Made by a program: the position numbers and the translations under genes. This document shows positions 1-8,926 of a stretch of DNA of 64,000 nucleotides, one piece after another. The notes under the pieces are model-generated. The model saw only the letters and a list, made by a program, of their open reading frames with translations, did not search any database and was not told the origin of the DNA. The stretch's first letter is position 1, and each line of letters opens with the position of its first letter. Source of the DNA: Acidimicrobiia bacterium (lineage in GTDB: Bacteria > Actinomycetota > Acidimicrobiia > Spongiisociales > ZC4RG35); contig JAAXHN010000032.1 in NCBI GenBank assembly GCA_012270885.1, positions 28,688 through 92,687 of the forward strand. The letters are read 5' to 3'.

Positions 1-1245
1 GGGGATGGCCTTGTAGATGAGGGGAGTGTCGGTGCGGTAGCAGAAGGGATAGGAGTGCCGGACACGCTCGTGCCTCATCAGTTTGCCCGACTCTTTCAGC
101 AGGCGGACCAGGGTCCGGTCGGCGTCCTTCACGTTCTCTCCGGCCACATCTGGGACCTCGTCGGTGAAGCGTCCCTCGGCATCGATAGGATCCACCAGCA
201 GATTGAGCCGGTTGGCTGCAAAGGTCTCGAAGTCGGCCTCTCCATAGGCAGGAGCCATGTGTACAAGGCCGGTTCCCTCATCGGCGGTGACGTCCTGGGA
301 GGAAACTACCGTGAAACCTCCCTGGGATGAGAGGCGCTCGAAATATGGGAAGGCAGGCTCGTAACGGCTACCGACCAACTCGGCGCCCCGGCCGTCGGCC
401 ACCGGATCCGGGGGATCGTCCCACACCGCCGCCACCAACTCCGCCGCCACCCAATAACGCTGTCCGTCCTGGGGGATGGCGACATATCGAATATCGGGAC
501 CGACCGCCACCGCCAGGTTGCCGGGGATAGTCCAGGGGGTGGTGGTCCAGATCAGGAGTTGGTCCCCGGACTCCACCGGCCCCGTTCCCTCGGTCACTGC
601 GAGCTTCACGGTTATGGAGGGATCGTCCACTTCCTGGTACCCGCCCAGGTTCAACTCGAAGTTGGAGAGGGGTGTGGCGCAGGCCCATGAATAGGGCAGC
701 ACCTTGAAATCCCGGTAGATCAGGCCCTTGTCCCACAGTTGCTTGAACACCCACCACACGCTCTCCATGAAGCCGGGATCCATAGTCTTGTAGTCGTTGC
801 GAAAGTCCACCCAGCGTCCGATACGGTTGGTCACATCCTCCCATTCCTCGGTGGTCTGCTCCACCATCTTCCGGCAGGCCTCGTTGAAACGATCTACTCC
901 CAACTCGGCTATCTCGCGGGGTCCGCTGATCCCAAGCTGTTGTTGCACCTCCATCTCGATCGGCAGCCCGTGGGTGTCCCATCCGAAACGGCGCTCGATG
1001 CGATACCCCCGCATCGTCCAGTACCTCGGGACGATGTCTTTGATCACCCCCGCCAGGATGTGACCGTAATGGGGACGTCCGGTGGTGAAGGGCGGTCCGT
1101 CATAGAAGGTGTACTCACGGTCCGAGGGCCTGCGCCTGATGGATTCACCGAAGGCGTCGATCTCCTCCCAGATGAGCGCTATCTCCGCGTCGAGGTCCGG
1201 GAAGTGGACCTGGGGCGGGATGCGGGCAAAGTCGGTTGGGGGCAT
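1..1245 (-). CDS. ileS: isoleucine--tRNA ligase, N-terminal part (gene continues beyond window start)
   Basis: Absent from the ORF track because it has no stop in the window. My translation of the minus strand from the ATG (complement of 1243-1245) reads MPPTDFARIPPQVHFPDLDAEIALIWEE..YTFYDGPPFTTGRPHYGHILAGVIKDIVPRYWTMRGYRIERRFGWDTHGLPIEMEV. This shows the class I aaRS HIGH motif (HYGH) and an IleRS-type N-terminus. The frame stays open to position 1. Confidence 0.9.
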   Translation of the reverse strand, partial: MPPTDFARIPPQVHFPDLDAEIALIWEEIDAFGESIRRRPSDREYTFYDGPPFTTGRPHYGHILAGVIKDIVPRYWTMRGYRIERRFGWDTHGLPIEMEVQQQLGISGPREIAELGVDRFNEACRKMVEQTTEEWEDVTNRIGRWVDFRNDYKTMDPGFMESVWWVFKQLWDKGLIYRDFKVLPYSWACATPLSNFELNLGGYQEVDDPSITVKLAVTEGTGPVESGDQLLIWTTTPWTIPGNLAVAVGPDIRYVAIPQDGQRYWVAAELVAAVWDDPPDPVADGRGAELVGSRYEPAFPYFERLSSQGGFTVVSSQDVTADEGTGLVHMAPAYGEADFETFAANRLNLLVDPIDAEGRFTDEVPDVAGENVKDADRTLVRLLKESGKLMRHERVRHSYPFCYRTDTPLIYKAIP

Positions 1246-1532
1246 GCTCTCTCAGGACGCGGGGCAGCAAGGGTGAATGCTACATTTGCCAGGTGGGCCT
1301 GCCGCCGTTTCCGGAAAGTTGGTCATCGGCCGTCCGGGTGGTGGAGGGGAGGTACCGGCTCAGTGTGGGTGTCGGCGGGATCGTCCCGCAATCAGGTGGA
1401 TGGCATTCACGGGGATTCATTGAAGGTGCGGGTAAACGCTCGCCCGGAAGCCGGTAGAGCCAACCTGGCTGTCGAGCGAATGTTGTCCACCGCGGTGGGT
1501 GGGAGAGCGCGAGTGGTTTCGGGGCGAAAATC

Positions 1533-1562
1533 GCGGTTGAAAGCGGTTGAAAGCGGTTGAAT
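1533..1562. repeat. three tandem 10-bp copies GCGGTTGAAA / GCGGTTGAAA / GCGGTTGAAT in the ileS / dksA-like divergent intergenic region
   Basis: Read directly at 1533-1542, 1543-1552 and 1553-1562. Each copy carries a TTGAA(A/T) -35-like hexamer phased at one helical turn, about 56 nt upstream of the 1618 start. Confidence 0.9.
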
Positions 1563-1617
1563 TCACTCTGTGACGCGATAACCTCTAATCCGGTAATTGG
1601 GTCTAGGAGGACTTTAA

Positions 1618-1989
1618 ATGGCCAGAGTGCTGCACGATAGGACCATCTCTCAACTTCGCGCCCGGCTCGAGGAGGAGCGGAGGCGGATTCTGGGGCTGAT
1701 CGGGGTCTACGGCCAGGCCATGGAAGAAGCCAGGATGGCGGAGGGGGCGGGAGAGCGGAGTCCTGATCCGGCCAGCGCCGAGGCGGGTGCGGCCGCCACC
1801 GACTACGAGACGCAGATGTCCCTTCAGCGCAACGCCTCCCTACTCTTGGAGAAAGTGAACGATGCCCTCTCCAAGATGGACCAGGACAGCTACGGGGACT
1901 GCGACATGTGCGGTAAGCCGATTCCGGTGGCCCGCCTACGCTACCTCCCTTACATAGACAGTTGCATAGAGTGCGCCGCCCGAGGCTGA
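1618..1989 (+). CDS. DksA/TraR-family C4 zinc-finger protein
   Basis: C-terminal CDMCGKPIPVARLRYLPYIDSCIEC (CxxC-x17-CxxC) follows a coiled-coil-like N-terminus. AGGAGG RBS at 1605-1610. Position between ileS and lspA is typical of actinobacteria. Confidence 0.8.
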   Translation: MARVLHDRTISQLRARLEEERRRILGLIGVYGQAMEEARMAEGAGERSPDPASAEAGAAATDYETQMSLQRNASLLLEKVNDALSKMDQDSYGDCDMCGKPIPVARLRYLPYIDSCIECAARG

Positions 1990-2459
1990 TCTCCACATTC
2001 GGCTTGGCGGTGGGGACGGCCGCGGTGGTGGTGGCGGCTGACCAGATCACCAAGAGGCGGGCCTCCGAGAGCTTCGTCGACGACCGACTGGAGGTCGTTC
2101 CCGATCTCCTCTGGTTCACCTATGTGGAGAATCCTGGCTCTGCCTTCTCGATGTTCCAGGACGCTGGGGTGTGGTTGGGTCTGGCCGCGGCCGGTGCGGT
2201 GGGGGTGGTGGGATGGGCCCTGCGGACCCCGAGGCCCGGCTTGGAGGTGATCGGGTTAGGCCTCGTGATGGGAGGAGCGGTGGGCAATCTTGTGGACCGG
2301 GCGACAAGGGGAGAGGGATTGCTGGACGGGAAGGTGGTGGACTGGATACAAATCCCGAATTTCCCGGTGTTCAACCTGGCCGACTCAGCCTTGACCGTCG
2401 GGGTGGGCCTGGTGTTGATGTCGGCTCTCCGCCAGAGCATTGCCGCCTCCCGCTCTTGA
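1962..2459 (+). CDS. lspA: lipoprotein signal peptidase II
   Basis: Motifs VENPGSAFSMF, GAVGNLVDR and FPVFNLADSALTVG, with about 4 TM segments. The start is uncertain (TTG overlapping the previous gene). Confidence 0.9.
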   Translation: MHRVRRPRLISTFGLAVGTAAVVVAADQITKRRASESFVDDRLEVVPDLLWFTYVENPGSAFSMFQDAGVWLGLAAAGAVGVVGWALRTPRPGLEVIGLGLVMGGAVGNLVDRATRGEGLLDGKVVDWIQIPNFPVFNLADSALTVGVGLVLMSALRQSIAASRS

Positions 2460-3414
2460 CCGCGGCGAGGCGGCGTCAGAGAAACCGCAAGCGGCTGGGC
2501 TCAGGGAGTGGACCGTCCCCGAAGGGCTGGCCGGGGAACGCGCCGACCGGGTGGTCTCGTCGCTCCTGGAAGTGAGCCGCTCGGTCTCACGGCGTCTGAT
2601 CGAAGCGGGTGAGGCAGTCGGCCCCCACGGGCGACCGCTGAAGCCGGCCGAACGAGTGGAGGCGGGGACCGCCCTGTGGATCGGCGATCCCCCCGAACGA
2701 AAGATCCAGCCGGAACCGGTGGACTTCGAGGTGGTCTATGACGATGAGCATCTGGCGGTGGTGGTGAAACCGGAGGGAGTGATCACCCATCCCGGTACCG
2801 CGGTGCCCTCCCAGACCGGTACCCTGGCAGCCGGGCTGTTGCACCGCTATCCCCAGATCGAAGGGGTGGGACTCCCGAGCAGGTGGGGCATAGTCCACCG
2901 CCTCGACCGGGCCACCTCTGGATTGATGGTGACCGCCCTTTCGGAGATGGCATACTGGGAGTTGGGCGCCGCCCTCCGCCGGCGGGAGGTCAAACGCCGC
3001 TACCTGGCGCTGGTGCACGGGGGAATGGAGGCGGCCAGGGGGGCTGTCGAGGCGCCGCTGGGCCCCGATCCACGCCGGCGGGGCACACGGGCGGTGGTGG
3101 CCGGCGGCAAATACGCCCTCACCCGGTACCGGGTGGTGGGAAGCCGGAGCGACCCTCCTCTCTCGCTCCTCGAAGTCGAGTTGGAGACGGGGCGCACCCA
3201 CCAGATCAGGGTGCACATGGCTTCCATCGGTCGCCCGGTGGTGGGCGACCGTCTCTACAGCGGCCGGCCCGATCCGCTGGGGGCGGGTCGCATGTGGCTT
3301 CACGCCTCCGAGTTGGAGTTCCCCCACCCGGCCGACCCGTCCGTGCAGATGCAGCACCGCTCTCCCTTTCCCCCCGAGCTCGGTCGGAGGATCGTAGGGT
3401 TGTCCGGCGGCTAG
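2440..3414 (+). CDS. rluD: RluA/RluD-family 23S rRNA pseudouridine synthase with N-terminal S4 domain
   Basis: HRLDRATSGLMV catalytic-Asp motif and GRTHQIRVHMASIGRPVVGDRLY. S4-like RADRVVSSLLEVSRSVSRRLIEAG at the N-terminus. Confidence 0.9.
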   Translation: MPPPALDRGEAASEKPQAAGLREWTVPEGLAGERADRVVSSLLEVSRSVSRRLIEAGEAVGPHGRPLKPAERVEAGTALWIGDPPERKIQPEPVDFEVVYDDEHLAVVVKPEGVITHPGTAVPSQTGTLAAGLLHRYPQIEGVGLPSRWGIVHRLDRATSGLMVTALSEMAYWELGAALRRREVKRRYLALVHGGMEAARGAVEAPLGPDPRRRGTRAVVAGGKYALTRYRVVGSRSDPPLSLLEVELETGRTHQIRVHMASIGRPVVGDRLYSGRPDPLGAGRMWLHASELEFPHPADPSVQMQHRSPFPPELGRRIVGLSGG

Positions 3415-3433
3415 CGTTACTCTCTGTATTCTC

Positions 3434-4276
3434 TTGACATCCGACCATCCGGCTCAGGTCTCCTGCTATCGGCACCCCGGGCGCGTCACCCGCCTGGCAT
3501 GCAGCAGTTGTGAGCGACCGATTTGCGTGGACTGCTCGCACGACGCCTCGGTGGGACAGAAGTGCCCGAGGTGCATCGGCCGGGGTCAGCGCAATACCAG
3601 GACGGTGTCGGCCAGGATGGGCCTCCCGCCGGTCACAACCGCGTTGCTGGTCCTCACCTGCTCGGTCTACGTCTTTACATGGCTGTTGCCGGGCCTCGAG
3701 AGGGAGTTGGTAAACGAGTTGGCCATGTGGAATCTGGGAGTCTCGGTCGGACAGTGGTGGAGAATGGTGACCGCCGTGGTTCTCCACGGATCGGTGTTCC
3801 ACATCCTGTTCAACATGTGGGCGCTCTATGTGTTCGGCCCCCAGCTTGAGAGAGAATCGGGCTCCCTGCCGTTCCTGGCCATGTATCTCTCATCGGCTGC
3901 GGTCGGAAGCCTGTTCGTCTACTGGTTTTCGCACCCCTTGACCGTCTCGATCGGCGCTTCCGGCGCCATCTTCGGTGTGTTCGGGGTCTGGCTGGCAGGC
4001 GCCTACCGGTTGCGACACACCCCCTACGGCAGGCGGCTCCTGTCCCAGTTGGGATTGCTGCTGGCCATCAACTTCGCGCTGCCTCTTCTGGTTCCCAACA
4101 TTGCATGGCAGGCGCACCTGGGGGGAATGGCAGGCGGGGCCCTGATCGGGGTTGTGTGGTCGGCCCAGCGCCGGCGTTCCCAGGCCGGCCTGGGAATGGC
4201 AGCCTCCGCCCTGGTGGTGGGGACTATGGCGGTGGGGGCGGCTTTGTTCCTGGGTGGGAGCCTTCTGAGCGGATGA
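3434..4276 (+). CDS. rhomboid-family intramembrane serine protease with N-terminal Cys-rich zinc-ribbon
   Basis: CYRHPGRVTRLACSSCERPICVDCSH..KCPRC, then TM helices with HGSVFHILFNMW, GASGAIFG (catalytic Ser) and AHLGG (catalytic His). Confidence 0.85.
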   Translation: MTSDHPAQVSCYRHPGRVTRLACSSCERPICVDCSHDASVGQKCPRCIGRGQRNTRTVSARMGLPPVTTALLVLTCSVYVFTWLLPGLERELVNELAMWNLGVSVGQWWRMVTAVVLHGSVFHILFNMWALYVFGPQLERESGSLPFLAMYLSSAAVGSLFVYWFSHPLTVSIGASGAIFGVFGVWLAGAYRLRHTPYGRRLLSQLGLLLAINFALPLLVPNIAWQAHLGGMAGGALIGVVWSAQRRRSQAGLGMAASALVVGTMAVGAALFLGGSLLSG

Positions 4277-7200
4277 GCGCCAACTCGGACTTCGTCCATT
4301 TACACCTCCACACCGAGTACTCGATGTTGGACGGCGCCTCTCGGGTGCCGGAGATCATGGCGGCGGTGGCGTCCGATCGCCAACCGGCGGTGGCGATGAC
4401 CGACCACGGGGTCCTGTACGGGGCGGTGGAGTTCTACCAGGCCGCTCGGGACGCGGGAGTCAAGCCGATCCTGGGCATGGAGGCCTACGTGAGTCCGGGC
4501 TCGCGCTTCGACCGACCAACCGGGGATCAGAACATCCGCCATCACCTGACGCTCCTGGCCTACAACGACGCCGGATATCAAAACCTGATCAAGATCAGTA
4601 GCCGGGCCTTCCTCGACGGATACTGGTACAAGCCACGGGCCGACCGCGAACTGCTGGCTGACCATGCCGAAGGGATTATTGCCGCTTCGGGGTGCCTCAG
4701 CGGGGAGATAGCTTCCCATCTCGTTCCTGGCCTCGTTACCGAGGAAGGGGGGGCGGGGGGTGTCTTCGATCCGGACACAGCCGCCCGGGCGGCCGGCGAG
4801 TACCAGGACATCTTCGGGAGGGAGAACTTCTTCATCGAGATCATGGACCACGGCCTGGCGCACCAGCGCCTCCTCCTGCCCGAACTTGCAAAGCTCTCTC
4901 AGCGGGTGGGAGCGCCTCTCCTGGCTACCAACGACTCCCACTACACGCGCCCGGATGAGTCTGAGACCCACGATGTGCTCCTCTGCGTCAACACCGGCGC
5001 CAACTTCTCCGACGACAACCGGTTGCGTTTCGACTCCCAGGACTTCTACATCAAGTCGGCCCGCGACATGAGGGAACGCTTTCCCTCAGACTTGTATCCG
5101 GGCGCCTGTGACAACACGTTGTTGGTGGCAGAACGGGCCGACGTAAGCATGAGAACCGGGGAACTGCTGCTACCGGATTTCCCAACCCCTCCCGGCCATA
5201 CCCACACCTCCTATCTGGAAGAACTGGTGCGGGAGGGCGCCCGGAAACGCTTTGGGGGAGAAGTCCCCTCCGAGGTCTCCCAGCGCATCCGGTACGAGTT
5301 GGGAGTGATCGGGGAGATGGGCTTTGAGACCTACTTCCTGATCATCTGGGACCTGATCCGCGAGGCGCGCGACCGTGGCATCCGGACCGGACCGGGCCGG
5401 GGATCGGCGGCGGGGTCGATGGTCTCCTATTGCCTGGAGATCACCCAGATCGATCCCTTGGAGTACGGGCTGATCTTCGAGCGGTTCCTGAATCCCGGCC
5501 GGGCCGCCATGCCCGACATCGACATCGACTTCGACGAGCGTTTCCGGGGCGAGATCATCGACTACGTGCGTTCCCGGTACGGCTCCGACCATGTGGCGCA
5601 GATCGTCACCTTCGCCACCATCAAGGGCAAGCAGGCGATACGCGACGCCGCCCGGGTGTACGGCTACGAGTACCGGGTGGGCGACCAGTTGTCGAAGCTC
5701 ATGCCGTCAGCCATTCTCGGGAAGGAGGCGTCTTTGAACCAGTGCCTGAACCCGCCTCCGTCCGAGAGTGACGGCATAGTCAGGGACTGGTACGCCAACG
5801 CGGCCGGCTTGCGGGAGGCATACGACTTCGATGCGGACGCGCGCAAGGTGATCGACGCCGCCCGCGGGCTGGAGGGCCTGCGCCGCCAGGACTCCATCCA
5901 CGCAGCCGGGGTGGTGATCTCCCCGGTCCCGATGACGGAGTTGGTTCCCATCCAACGGAAGGGTGAGGGAGCGGAAGTGGTCACCCAGTACGAGATGGGG
6001 GCGGTGGAGCAACTGGGACTCCTGAAGATGGACTTTCTGGGACTCCGCAATCTCTCCACCATCGAACGGACGATGGACATGGTGGAGGAAGCCACCGGAG
6101 AGCGTCCCGACATCGACCGGGTTCCCCTGGACGACCCGAAGACGTTCGAACTGCTGCGGGCCGCCCAAACGATCGGGGTCTTCCAACTGGAGGGGGATCC
6201 GATGAGAGTGTTGATCCAGCGGCTCCGCCCGGACAGCTTCGACGACGTGGTGGCGCTGGTGGCCCTGTACCGGCCGGGGCCGATGGGGGCCAACATGCAC
6301 AACCTGTATGCCGACCGGAAGACCGGTCGGGCGGCAGTGGCGCCGCTTCACCCCGCCCTGAAGGAGATCCTGGACCCCACCTACCAGATCCTGGTCTACC
6401 AGGAGCAGGTGATGGAAGTCTCCCGCGCCATGGCCGGTTACAGCATGGAGGAAGCCGACAATCTGCGGAAGGCTATGGGCAAGAAGATCAAGGCGGTGAT
6501 GGACGCCGAGGAGGAGAAGTTCGTGGAGGGCTGTGTCGCCCAGGGGCACGACCGCGCCACGGGTCGGGACCTGTTCGAGCTGATCAGCCACTTCGCGGGC
6601 TACGGCTTCAACAAGTCCCACTCGGCCTGCTATGGACTGGTGGCCTACCAGACCGCCTATCTCAAGGCCAACCACCCGGCGGAATACATGGCGGCCCTCC
6701 TGACCTCCTCGAAGAACAACCGGGACCGCACCTCCCTGTACCTTAAGGAGTGCGGCCGGATGGGGCTGTCCGTGAAGGTGCCCGACGTCAACGAGTCGGG
6801 AATGGACTACGAGGTCAGGTCGGGAAGCATCCGGGTGGGGCTTTCTGCGATCCGCAACCTGGGAGAGTCGGTTGCACGAAAGATCATCGAGGCCCGCCGG
6901 GAGAAGGGGGCCTTTGTGAGTTTCGTGGACTTCTGCGAGAAGGTGTCGGTGGAGGCGCTGCGCCGCAACACCCTGGAGTCGCTGGTCAAAGGGGGAGGGT
7001 TCGACAGCGTCGGCCACACCCGGCGCGGACTCATGGAGGTAATGCCCCTGATCGTCGACTCGGTGGTGGACCGCCGCCGCCAGGAGGAGACCGGCCAGTT
7101 CTCCCTGTTCGGGGGTGGCGGGCTGCCGGATCTCACTTTGCCGGAGATCCCCGTCCACCAATGGGACAAACAGGTACGCCTCTCCTTCGAGAAGGAGATG

Positions 7201-7782
7201 CTGGGGTTGTATCTCTCGGATCATCCCTTGGCGGAGAAGGCCGCGGCTGTCCAGGCGGCCGCCGACGCGGTGACCTCGGAGTTGAAGAACCGTCCCGACA
7301 AGGCCAAGGTCAAGATCGCGGGCCTGATCGTGTCGGCTACGAACCGGTGGACGCGCAAGGGCGACCGGATTATGGTCCTGACCGTGGAGGATCTGGACGG
7401 CGAAGTGGAAGTGGTGGTCTTCCCGCAGGCCGTGCAGCGTTACCGGGAGCTATTGGTTGCCGATCAGATGGTGGTGGTTTCAGGAAGGGTGGACCGGCGC
7501 GAAGACGTGGTGCAACTCATCGCCAGCCGGATCGAGGCGCTCCAGCCGCCCCCTCCATCGCTGAATATCAGCCTCAGCAAGAGCCTCTTCGGCGAGCGCG
7601 AGATCGCTCAGCGGCTCGGGGATGTGCTGCGCCGCCACCCAGGGCAGAGACAGGTGGTCTTCCACATCAAGGAGGACGGCACCCACATCTTCACCTCCGA
7701 TCCCAAGGTGAGCGGGGAGGCGGGATTGATCGCTGAACTCGAAGAACTACTGGGCGCCGATACAGTGGTGGTCGCGGCGTAG
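4273..7782 (+). CDS. dnaE: DNA polymerase III alpha subunit
   Basis: MSANSDFVHLHLHTEYSMLDGASRV PHP-domain start and full-length DnaE1-like sequence (GSAAGS, PDIDIDF, FNKSHSACY). The track ORF starts at 4105, but ATG 4273 matches the conserved N-terminus and overlaps the rhomboid stop. Confidence 0.95.
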   Translation: MSANSDFVHLHLHTEYSMLDGASRVPEIMAAVASDRQPAVAMTDHGVLYGAVEFYQAARDAGVKPILGMEAYVSPGSRFDRPTGDQNIRHHLTLLAYNDAGYQNLIKISSRAFLDGYWYKPRADRELLADHAEGIIAASGCLSGEIASHLVPGLVTEEGGAGGVFDPDTAARAAGEYQDIFGRENFFIEIMDHGLAHQRLLLPELAKLSQRVGAPLLATNDSHYTRPDESETHDVLLCVNTGANFSDDNRLRFDSQDFYIKSARDMRERFPSDLYPGACDNTLLVAERADVSMRTGELLLPDFPTPPGHTHTSYLEELVREGARKRFGGEVPSEVSQRIRYELGVIGEMGFETYFLIIWDLIREARDRGIRTGPGRGSAAGSMVSYCLEITQIDPLEYGLIFERFLNPGRAAMPDIDIDFDERFRGEIIDYVRSRYGSDHVAQIVTFATIKGKQAIRDAARVYGYEYRVGDQLSKLMPSAILGKEASLNQCLNPPPSESDGIVRDWYANAAGLREAYDFDADARKVIDAARGLEGLRRQDSIHAAGVVISPVPMTELVPIQRKGEGAEVVTQYEMGAVEQLGLLKMDFLGLRNLSTIERTMDMVEEATGERPDIDRVPLDDPKTFELLRAAQTIGVFQLEGDPMRVLIQRLRPDSFDDVVALVALYRPGPMGANMHNLYADRKTGRAAVAPLHPALKEILDPTYQILVYQEQVMEVSRAMAGYSMEEADNLRKAMGKKIKAVMDAEEEKFVEGCVAQGHDRATGRDLFELISHFAGYGFNKSHSACYGLVAYQTAYLKANHPAEYMAALLTSSKNNRDRTSLYLKECGRMGLSVKVPDVNESGMDYEVRSGSIRVGLSAIRNLGESVARKIIEARREKGAFVSFVDFCEKVSVEALRRNTLESLVKGGGFDSVGHTRRGLMEVMPLIVDSVVDRRRQEETGQFSLFGGGGLPDLTLPEIPVHQWDKQVRLSFEKEMLGLYLSDHPLAEKAAAVQAAADAVTSELKNRPDKAKVKIAGLIVSATNRWTRKGDRIMVLTVEDLDGEVEVVVFPQAVQRYRELLVADQMVVVSGRVDRREDVVQLIASRIEALQPPPPSLNISLSKSLFGEREIAQRLGDVLRRHPGQRQVVFHIKEDGTHIFTSDPKVSGEAGLIAELEELLGADTVVVAA

Positions 7783-7839
7783 CCGCCTGACTCGGTTTCG
7801 GTAGTCTGAAGACTGCTTGACAGCGAAAGGACGTCGGCC

Positions 7840-8058
7840 ATGGCATGGCAGGTACAGGAGGCAGAAGCAGGGTTCAGTGAAATGTTGGAGGCAATCCGAG
7901 TTTAAGGGCCCCAGATTGTCACTAAACAGGGCGTGGAGGTAGCTGTTCTGGTTGCGATGGACGAGTGGATGGAGCTTCAGCAGCGGGCCAGGCCGGGTAT
8001 CAAAGAGTGGCTACTGGCTCCGGAGGGAAGGACGGAATCGTTGATCGCCCGCGGGTGA
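7840..8058 (+). pseudogene. Phd/YefM-like type II antitoxin interrupted by an in-frame TAA
   Basis: ATG 7840 gives MAWQVQEAEAGFSEMLEAIRV, then TAA at 7903-7905. The same frame continues GPQIVTKQGVEVAVLVAMDEWMELQQRARPGIKEWLLAPEGRTESLIARG to TGA at 8056-8058. The pattern matches antitoxins that pair with PIN toxins. Confidence 0.6.
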
Positions 8059-8089
8059 AACATCTGCATCGCACCCTCCCGGATTCGGA

Positions 8090-8149
8090 TTGATTGGTGA
8101 TGCAATGATCACCGCCACCGGAATGGAGTTGTTGAACCTGTTCATTTGA
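8090..8149 (+). pseudogene. stump of a PIN (VapC) toxin gene, C-terminal about 20 codons only
   Basis: The frame reads LIGDAMITATGMELLNLFI*. It resembles the PIN C-terminus (xADALIAATA ... GLELLNPF) with the internal part deleted. It lies immediately 3' of the broken antitoxin. Confidence 0.4.
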
Positions 8150-8183
8150 GGGAGTGAATGGATCGGACATAGCCGATCTATCT

Positions 8184-8576
8184 CTATGTGGTCACGGGCC
8201 AGTGCTGAAGGTCGAGTTCAGGCATTGGGAAGTCGGTGACATTGGCGGTGGCCAGCGCTGCTCCAACTCCGACGGCCGCCGCCGCGATCAGGCAATCTGC
8301 TTGGTGGAGAGTGACTCCCCGCTCAGCATAGGTGCGCCTCCAACGGCCCGCCCGTTGTCCCTCGGTGGAACCAAGCGGCGCTAGACGCAAACCTCGGACG
8401 AGGCGACGTGCGGCGGACTCCTCCTCGGGCTGGAGACCTCGCCAGATTTCCTCAACCGAGATGGCGCAGACCCATGGCTCGACGCCGGTCCGGCGAAGTC
8501 TTCTTAGACGCTCCGCAGCGGGACGTCCGCGTAGAGCGTCGATCAACACGGTGGAGTCGAGCAGGAGCCTCGACAT
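8184..8576 (-). CDS. vapC: PIN-domain toxin VapC
   Basis: LLLDSTVLIDALRG (N-terminal Asp), SVEEIWRG, and ADCLIAAAAVGVGAALATANVTDF (distal acidic residues). Separated by only 2 nt from the upstream antitoxin stop (8579). Confidence 0.85.
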   Translation of the reverse strand: MSRLLLDSTVLIDALRGRPAAERLRRLRRTGVEPWVCAISVEEIWRGLQPEEESAARRLVRGLRLAPLGSTEGQRAGRWRRTYAERGVTLHQADCLIAAAAVGVGAALATANVTDFPMPELDLQHWPVTT

Positions 8577-8578
8577 GC

Positions 8579-8818
8579 TCAGCCGGACCGCTGGGGATCC
8601 CCCTGTCGCTGGGCGCGTACCCAGGATCCGGGATCCTCATCCCACTCATGGCCCGTATCGGGGATGGTGCCCAGCGAGGCTTCGATGTCATCCCATCGCC
8701 GTTCGTCATCGAGTCCCCGTCGGATCAGAGCTGTGATGAACGCACTACGCCTTCGGGGCCCTGCCCTACGATCCAAGTCTTCAACAAGATCGTCATCCAG
8801 TTGAATGTGTATTCTCAT
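8579..8818 (-). CDS. vapB: ribbon-helix-helix (CopG/VapB-type) antitoxin
   Basis: MRIHIQLDDDLVEDLDRRAGPRRRSAFITALIRRGL is an RHH signature. Start chosen at the Met of MRIHIQL (complement of 8816-8818). The track ORF extends to 8836. Confidence 0.75.
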   Translation of the reverse strand: MRIHIQLDDDLVEDLDRRAGPRRRSAFITALIRRGLDDERRWDDIEASLGTIPDTGHEWDEDPGSWVRAQRQGDPQRSG

Positions 8819-8926
8819 GTGCGTTATTATACACACACGATGGCAGTTGCTGGTTTAGAGAGTGGGGATGTGTCACAGGTAGGGGGGTACCCTCGATCCT
8901 GTGATTAGCCATGAGGTAGTGCCAAC

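Noticed and set aside
1246-1532. Possible T-box leader upstream of ileS (actinobacterial ileS genes are often T-box regulated)
   Set aside because: I looked on the ileS-sense strand for the conserved T-box sequence (..GGGUGGUACCGCG..). I found only a palindrome CCACCGCGGTGG (1489-1500), far from the start codon, and no clear specifier/antiterminator arrangement. It cannot be supported by eye; an Infernal/Rfam scan would settle it.
368-1560. Track ORFs 368-982 (-), 739-1560 (+), 797-1063 (+) and others overlapping the first 1.5 kb
   Set aside because: Their translations are Arg/Gly/Pro-rich with no family features. A different minus-strand frame gives a clean IleRS N-terminus with the HIGH motif, so these are shadow ORFs typical of high-GC DNA.
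4105-4272. Longer dnaE start (track ORF begins 4105), which would give a 56-aa Gly/Pro-rich extension overlapping the rhomboid gene
   Set aside because: The conserved PHP-domain N-terminus begins at the ATG at 4273, which overlaps the rhomboid stop codon. The extension is translated from the other gene's coding sequence.
5707-7224. 505-aa ORF antisense to dnaE, plus similar long antisense ORFs at 16441-17850, 26249-27241, 34295-35467, 49235-50527 and 28806-29705
   Set aside because: All lie entirely inside well-supported genes on the opposite strand or frame. All have low-complexity R/P/G/H-rich composition and show no motifs. Long stop-free antisense frames are expected at this GC content.
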